Below are positions 45,387 to 49,729 of a stretch of 49,729 bases of DNA, piece by piece. The position numbers and the translations under genes are program-made. The DNA comes from Candidatus Bathyarchaeota archaeon (GTDB lineage Archaea; Thermoproteota; Bathyarchaeia; Bathyarchaeales; Bathyarchaeaceae): assembly GCA_020352535.1 (NCBI GenBank), contig CP070679.1, positions 1,301,016 through 1,350,744 on the forward strand, read 5' to 3'. The notes beneath the pieces are model-generated. The model was given only the letters and a program-made list of their open reading frames with translations, did not search any database and had not been told where the DNA came from. Each line of letters begins with the position of its first letter. Position 1 is the stretch's first letter.

Positions 45387-46458
45387 CAGGAACACACGAA
45401 TAATTCTTCACATCGATATGGACCACTTCTTCTCCGCCTGTGAAGAACGAGAGCATCCTGAATTAAAGGGCAACCCGGTTGTGGTAGGTGCAGAACCGAA
45501 GCAGGGAAGAGGTAGAGGTGTTGTTAAGACCTGTAATTATGAAGCCAGGGAGTTTGGCATACAGTCTGGCATGCCGATATCAACAGCTTGGAGGCTTTGC
45601 CCAAACGCTATCTATGTTCGGGGGAACTACAGGCTATACAAGAAAGTATCTGAAAGAATAATGGCAATTCTAAAGAAGTATTCTGAAAGGTTCCAGAGAT
45701 GGGGGCTCGATGAGGCTTTCCTCGATGTAAGCTTGATGACCAAAGACTTCGAAGAAGCCACCAAGCTTGCTGAAAGTATTAAACATGAAATTCTATGGAA
45801 TGAAGGAATCACCTGCTCTATAGGCATAGGGCCTAACAAACTTATAGCCAAGATTGCCAGCGGTCATGAAAAGCCTGACGGAATGACAGTAGTCAGAGAA
45901 GATGATGTAGAGAGGTTCCTAGCCCCTCTTCCAGTACAGAGAATTGTGGGAATTGGTGAAAAAACCACAGCCAAGCTACACGGCATGGGAATCAAGACTA
46001 TTGGTGATCTTGCAGCTTTCAGTGCCTCGATTCTTGCTCAGAAATTTGGCGCCATGGGAATGAGGTATCATCAGTATGCACTTGGATTATCTGAATCAGA
46101 TGTTGGAGAAAGAAGGGGAATAAGGAAGTCTATAGGACACGAGTGTACATTTGCGGTCGATACCGATGCTCGCGATGTTGTCTCTAGAAGACTAGTTGAC
46201 ATCTGCTGCAAAGTCTATCAAAGAGCCACCGAAAAGAACTTGCTCTTTAAAACAGTAACCGTGAAGGTTCGGTACAAGAACTTTCACACGTTCACGCATA
46301 GCAGGACTCTATCTTTTTTTACGAACAGCAGCCAGAATCTGCGGAAAACAGCTGAGGAATTGGCGCAAGATGCCCTTTCGGGCAAGGAGAAGGTTAGGTT
46401 GCTTGGAGTTCGTGTATCAAATCTCAAGCTTGCTAAAGGACAGAGGATTCTGATATGA
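45370..46458 (+). CDS. dinB: Y-family DNA polymerase IV (DinB/Dpo4)
   Basis: LHIDMDHFFSACE, CNYEAREFG, LDEAFLD, AKIAS...KPDG, VRLLGVRVS; PIP-like QRIL C-terminus. Confidence 0.95.
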   Translation: MKGSCNRNTRIILHIDMDHFFSACEEREHPELKGNPVVVGAEPKQGRGRGVVKTCNYEAREFGIQSGMPISTAWRLCPNAIYVRGNYRLYKKVSERIMAILKKYSERFQRWGLDEAFLDVSLMTKDFEEATKLAESIKHEILWNEGITCSIGIGPNKLIAKIASGHEKPDGMTVVREDDVERFLAPLPVQRIVGIGEKTTAKLHGMGIKTIGDLAAFSASILAQKFGAMGMRYHQYALGLSESDVGERRGIRKSIGHECTFAVDTDARDVVSRRLVDICCKVYQRATEKNLLFKTVTVKVRYKNFHTFTHSRTLSFFTNSSQNLRKTAEELAQDALSGKEKVRLLGVRVSNLKLAKGQRILI

Positions 46459-46517
46459 TCTCTGGATTTCTGCTAGGGCTCAATCTTGATGGAGATTGGT
46501 TGTGAACAGAGTAAGGC

Positions 46518-47060
46518 CTAGTCAGAGAGGGACCTAAGATACAAGACAAAGTCCTCTGCGGCATTGTTCCTTGTGGTTTCCGTGTCTGCATCTATACCGA
46601 ACAGCAGTACTCCTGACCGCCAGAAAAATACGCTTCTATTATCCTTGTAGACTGTGAACCAATCATTCGTCTGGACTTTAGAAGAGGCCTCACCATACCA
46701 ATTAACGTCCTCGAGTATGGCAACGAGTGTGTCTGATGCTTCAGATGTAGAGTCTGCTTTGAATATATGCACAAAAATCCCATCATATGTAGCTCTGGTT
46801 CGCTCGACTTCAAAGATTCTAGTACCGGTGTCAACTGTCAGAGGTACTGTGAAATCACTTCCACCAATCATTGGCATGCCAGCTACAATCTGTGGTAGAA
46901 GCTCATAACTGGATGAATACGCGGCTGGACTAATCCCTGAGATGTCAACTGGTGGAGCAAACAGGCTTGGTAATATGACAAAAACGATCATACCTATGGT
47001 CAATGCAACAACTGCCAAGGCTGCAACCAGAGCTATGTGCTTCTTTTCCAAGCTAGGCAC
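46518..47060 (-). CDS. Membrane-anchored hypothetical protein
   Basis: N-terminal TM/signal anchor followed by a soluble alpha/beta domain. Confidence 0.65.
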   Translation of the reverse strand: MPSLEKKHIALVAALAVVALTIGMIVFVILPSLFAPPVDISGISPAAYSSSYELLPQIVAGMPMIGGSDFTVPLTVDTGTRIFEVERTRATYDGIFVHIFKADSTSEASDTLVAILEDVNWYGEASSKVQTNDWFTVYKDNRSVFFWRSGVLLFGIDADTETTRNNAAEDFVLYLRSLSD

Positions 47061-47325
47061 AACCTGGCTCTACATGACCCGCCCTCAGATAATAATTTCG
47101 GTCCACTCTTGGATGAAGAGGTTTTAACAATTCCTGTAGACATGATACAAGCATCTGCTTGCACGCTGAAATCACACCAGCGTGCAATCTGATTTTTTCA
47201 TGTCGCATACAAGCGCAATCCTCATTCTTAGGAATGATTTCAGATTCATAATGTCTTTAATTGAGCTTGGCGAGATTCTGAACCGAGTCGTGAAGGCAAA
47301 GGTGAAGCAGTAGGGGCGTAGTCAG

Positions 47326-49560
47326 TTGGAAACGTGTGCTCTAGAACGTGGGGATGAAGTGGTTCTCAATCTCAAGGAGAGAGAAGAGGTTACAGTTTTG
47401 CATATCGACGATGAGCGTGAGTTCTTGCAGACTGCAAAACGATGCCTAGAACTAGAAGAGGGCTTCTCTGTGTATTCCGCATCATCAGTAGAGGAGGCTC
47501 TTGAGAGAATGAAAGAGCAAGATTTCGATGTGATAGTCTCAGATTATATGATGCCAAGTAAAAACGGGCTGGAATTCTTGCGGGAGCTAAGAGAAAATGG
47601 GAATGAAACACCTTTTATTGTCCTCACAGGCAAAGGCAGGGAGGAAGTAGCAATCAAGGCTCTGAATCTTGGAGCCGACCAGTATCTGAGTAAGTCAGGC
47701 AGCCCCAAAGCAGTCTATGGCGAGTTAGTACATAGTATACGACAAGCCGTGAAAAGAAGAAGGGCTGAGGAAAAGGTCATTCGTTCAGAGGAGCTGATGA
47801 GGTCACTGTTCAATGCAGCTGTCGATGGCATAGCCTATGTTGACCCGTCTGGGAAAATCCTTGCCGCAAATAAAAGGCTGGTGGAGGAGATGCTAGGGTA
47901 TGAGATCGAAGACACAATTGGTCGGGACTTCACCAAACTTGGGAGAATCGAATCCAGTGATCGCCCACATGTTCTTAATGCAATGAGGGAGGTTATCACC
48001 TCTGGGCAACCAATAGAGCACTTCGAAGTAACATTAATAGGGCAAGATGGTTCGCGAATCCCCACGGAAATCAGCACTGGAGTTTCGAGGGAGAACGGCG
48101 TAGTTACAGGTATAACAGCTGTGGTCAGAGATATTTCAGAACGGAAGAAAACCGAAAAGGCAGTTCGCGAAAACCAAGAGAAATTCCAGAAGCTGTTTGT
48201 ACATAGCCCTGAAGCGGCAGTTTATGTAGATTCGAACTATAAAATCACAGACATCAACCCACGCTTCTCAGACCTTTTCGGATACTCCTTGAATGAGATC
48301 AGAGGAAAAGAAATCGACGATGTTGTAGTTCCTGAGGGCAAGGAAGAAGAAGGAAAGATGCTAGGGCGTCGAGCCAGCGAAGGATACGTGTACTTCGATA
48401 CTGTCAGGAGGAGAAAGGATGGAACTCTTGTCCATGTTTCGATATCAGCTGCTCCAATTACAATTGGAGGGCAGCTCGTGGGTCATGTAGGATTATACAA
48501 AGACATTACAGCTCAGAAGAAGGCTGAAAGAGAACTGGAAGAAGCCAGAACTCATTTCCAGACTCTTTTCAATCTCATGGTCGATCCAGTAGCCATCGTA
48601 GACAAGAAAGGAAGAATCCTTGACATTACAAAGAGTGCCGTGGAGGCAACCGGGTTCAAGAAAGAAGAACTCATTGGGAAGAACTTTCTGAGGACAAGGA
48701 TAGCGACTACGAAGAGCAAAGCCCTCCTGGTAAAGAATTTGGCAAAACGAATGATGGGGATGCATATGGCCCCCTACGAAGTGGAGATGCTGACAAAGGA
48801 TGGAAGAAAATTGCCTTATGAAGTGAACGCACTAAAGATAGAGTACAAAGGCAAACCAGCAGACCTAGTTGTGTTCCGAGATGTTTCGGAGAGAAAGAAG
48901 ATGGAGGAGAAGCTGCGTGTCGTTGGAAAATTGACTAGGCATGATGTCCGAAACAAGCTATCAGTGATTACTGGGAATGCGTTCTTAGCTAGGAATAAGG
49001 TAGATAACCCTGAGACCTTGGGATACCTAGAGGATATTGAATTCGCTTGTCAGCAAATCGAAGGAATCTTTGATTTTGCTAGGGCGTATGAAAGGCTGGG
49101 CGTTGAAAAATCATCGTACATGAACGTTGAGAGAACATTCAGTGAAGCTGCAGCGTTATTCCCGAATCTGAGTGGCATCGAGGTTATCAGGAATTGCCCT
49201 CAATTAACAGTTCTCGCAGATTCATTGCTTCGCCAGGTTTTCTATAACCTGATAGACAATTCAATAAGGTATGGAGAAAGGGTTAGTCAAATACAGATGT
49301 ATTGTGCGGAGAGAGCAGATGAGATAGAATTGATATACGAAGATAATGGTATCGGCGTGGCCGACACCGAGAAGGAGAAAATCTTCGCTGAAGGCTACGG
49401 AAAGGGGACAGGTTACGGATTGTATTTGATAAAGAAGGTATGCGGAGTATATGGCTGGACTATCGAAGAAACGGGCGAAGAGGGCAAAGGAGCTCAATTC
49501 ACCATGACTATTCCTAAAAACAGCGAGAAAGGAGCAGAAGGGTACCGTCTGCGCTCCTAA
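47326..49560 (+). CDS. Hybrid sensor histidine kinase (REC-PAS-PAS-PAS-HisKA-HATPase)
   Basis: REC (HIDDE, VSDYMMP, LTGKG), three PAS/PAC units ending RDISERK/KDITAQK/RDVSERK, H-box RHDVRN, N-box NLIDNS, EDNGIG, GTGYGL. Start position uncertain. Confidence 0.92.
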   Translation: METCALERGDEVVLNLKEREEVTVLHIDDEREFLQTAKRCLELEEGFSVYSASSVEEALERMKEQDFDVIVSDYMMPSKNGLEFLRELRENGNETPFIVLTGKGREEVAIKALNLGADQYLSKSGSPKAVYGELVHSIRQAVKRRRAEEKVIRSEELMRSLFNAAVDGIAYVDPSGKILAANKRLVEEMLGYEIEDTIGRDFTKLGRIESSDRPHVLNAMREVITSGQPIEHFEVTLIGQDGSRIPTEISTGVSRENGVVTGITAVVRDISERKKTEKAVRENQEKFQKLFVHSPEAAVYVDSNYKITDINPRFSDLFGYSLNEIRGKEIDDVVVPEGKEEEGKMLGRRASEGYVYFDTVRRRKDGTLVHVSISAAPITIGGQLVGHVGLYKDITAQKKAERELEEARTHFQTLFNLMVDPVAIVDKKGRILDITKSAVEATGFKKEELIGKNFLRTRIATTKSKALLVKNLAKRMMGMHMAPYEVEMLTKDGRKLPYEVNALKIEYKGKPADLVVFRDVSERKKMEEKLRVVGKLTRHDVRNKLSVITGNAFLARNKVDNPETLGYLEDIEFACQQIEGIFDFARAYERLGVEKSSYMNVERTFSEAAALFPNLSGIEVIRNCPQLTVLADSLLRQVFYNLIDNSIRYGERVSQIQMYCAERADEIELIYEDNGIGVADTEKEKIFAEGYGKGTGYGLYLIKKVCGVYGWTIEETGEEGKGAQFTMTIPKNSEKGAEGYRLRS

Positions 49561-49672
49561 GTAAAAGCTTCGATTCCAGCCCCACGATGGCTAATTAACG
49601 AGAGAGGGTTCACTTAAAAAGGGTTTATATTCACGTCGGAATACCTTTCCCATAAACCTCGGTGGGATAGTC

Positions 49673-49729
49673 TTGAATTTTGAGTTGAACGCAGAACAAA
49701 AGATGATTGTTGACACTGCCTCTGACATT
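49673..49729 (+). CDS. N-terminus of a probable acyl-CoA dehydrogenase (partial, runs off the window)
   Basis: TTG start after GGTGG, TATA-like TTTATA at about 49624. MNFELNAEQKMIVDTASDI matches the MxFxLxxEQxM(I/L)xD start typical of acyl-CoA dehydrogenases. Confidence 0.6.
   Translation, partial: MNFELNAEQKMIVDTASDI

Noticed and set aside
75..49497. Numerous overlapping or antisense ORFs in the track (e.g. 75-443, 2280-2855, 23158-23619, 32053-32523)
   Set aside because: They are shadows of well-supported genes on the other strand or frame and show no recognisable motifs.
1..49729. tRNA, rRNA, integrase or transposase genes
   Set aside because: No cloverleaf/T-loop signatures, rRNA-like segments or recombinase/transposase motifs were recognised by eye; a tRNAscan-SE or Infernal run would be needed to exclude small RNAs.

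Overview
Archaeal chromosomal segment. Gene content and protein styles suggest Bathyarchaeia or a related TACK lineage; this is inferred, not searched. Core content: end of a probable eS24 plus eS31; a truncated S10-type ribosomal operon (uL3-uL4-uL23-uL2-uS19) and its usual SPOUT methyltransferase; PGI/PMI; an Sm protein; the proteasome-exosome superoperon (psmA-SBDS-rrp4-rrp41-rrp42-eL43-pcc1-pfdB-DUF3194-DHH) running into an ECF module; and canonical smc-scpA-scpB. Accessory content: two divergent secreted subtilases, a cohesin-bearing surface protein, an acyl-CoA/2-hydroxyacyl-CoA dehydratase cluster, three tiny Zn-finger ORFs followed by a PD-(D/E)XK nuclease and DinB, and a hybrid histidine kinase. 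The most striking feature is a second, non-canonical SMC-kleisin-KITE operon (9613-13028). It encodes a short ATPase without a recognisable hinge whose head motifs look SMC5/6-like, a divergent ScpA-like kleisin and an Nse1-like tandem winged-helix protein, and it coexists with a canonical condensin whose ABC signature is degenerate. Other notable items are a ~770-bp non-coding element with helically phased, strand-inverting (T/A)TRTCCC motifs (5547-6314), several small ORFs missing from the ORF track (including a 30-aa Lys/Arg-rich peptide with its own promoter), and two genes that appear to start at CTG. No rRNA, tRNA, CRISPR array or intact mobile element was recognised. All assignments come from motif recognition by eye.
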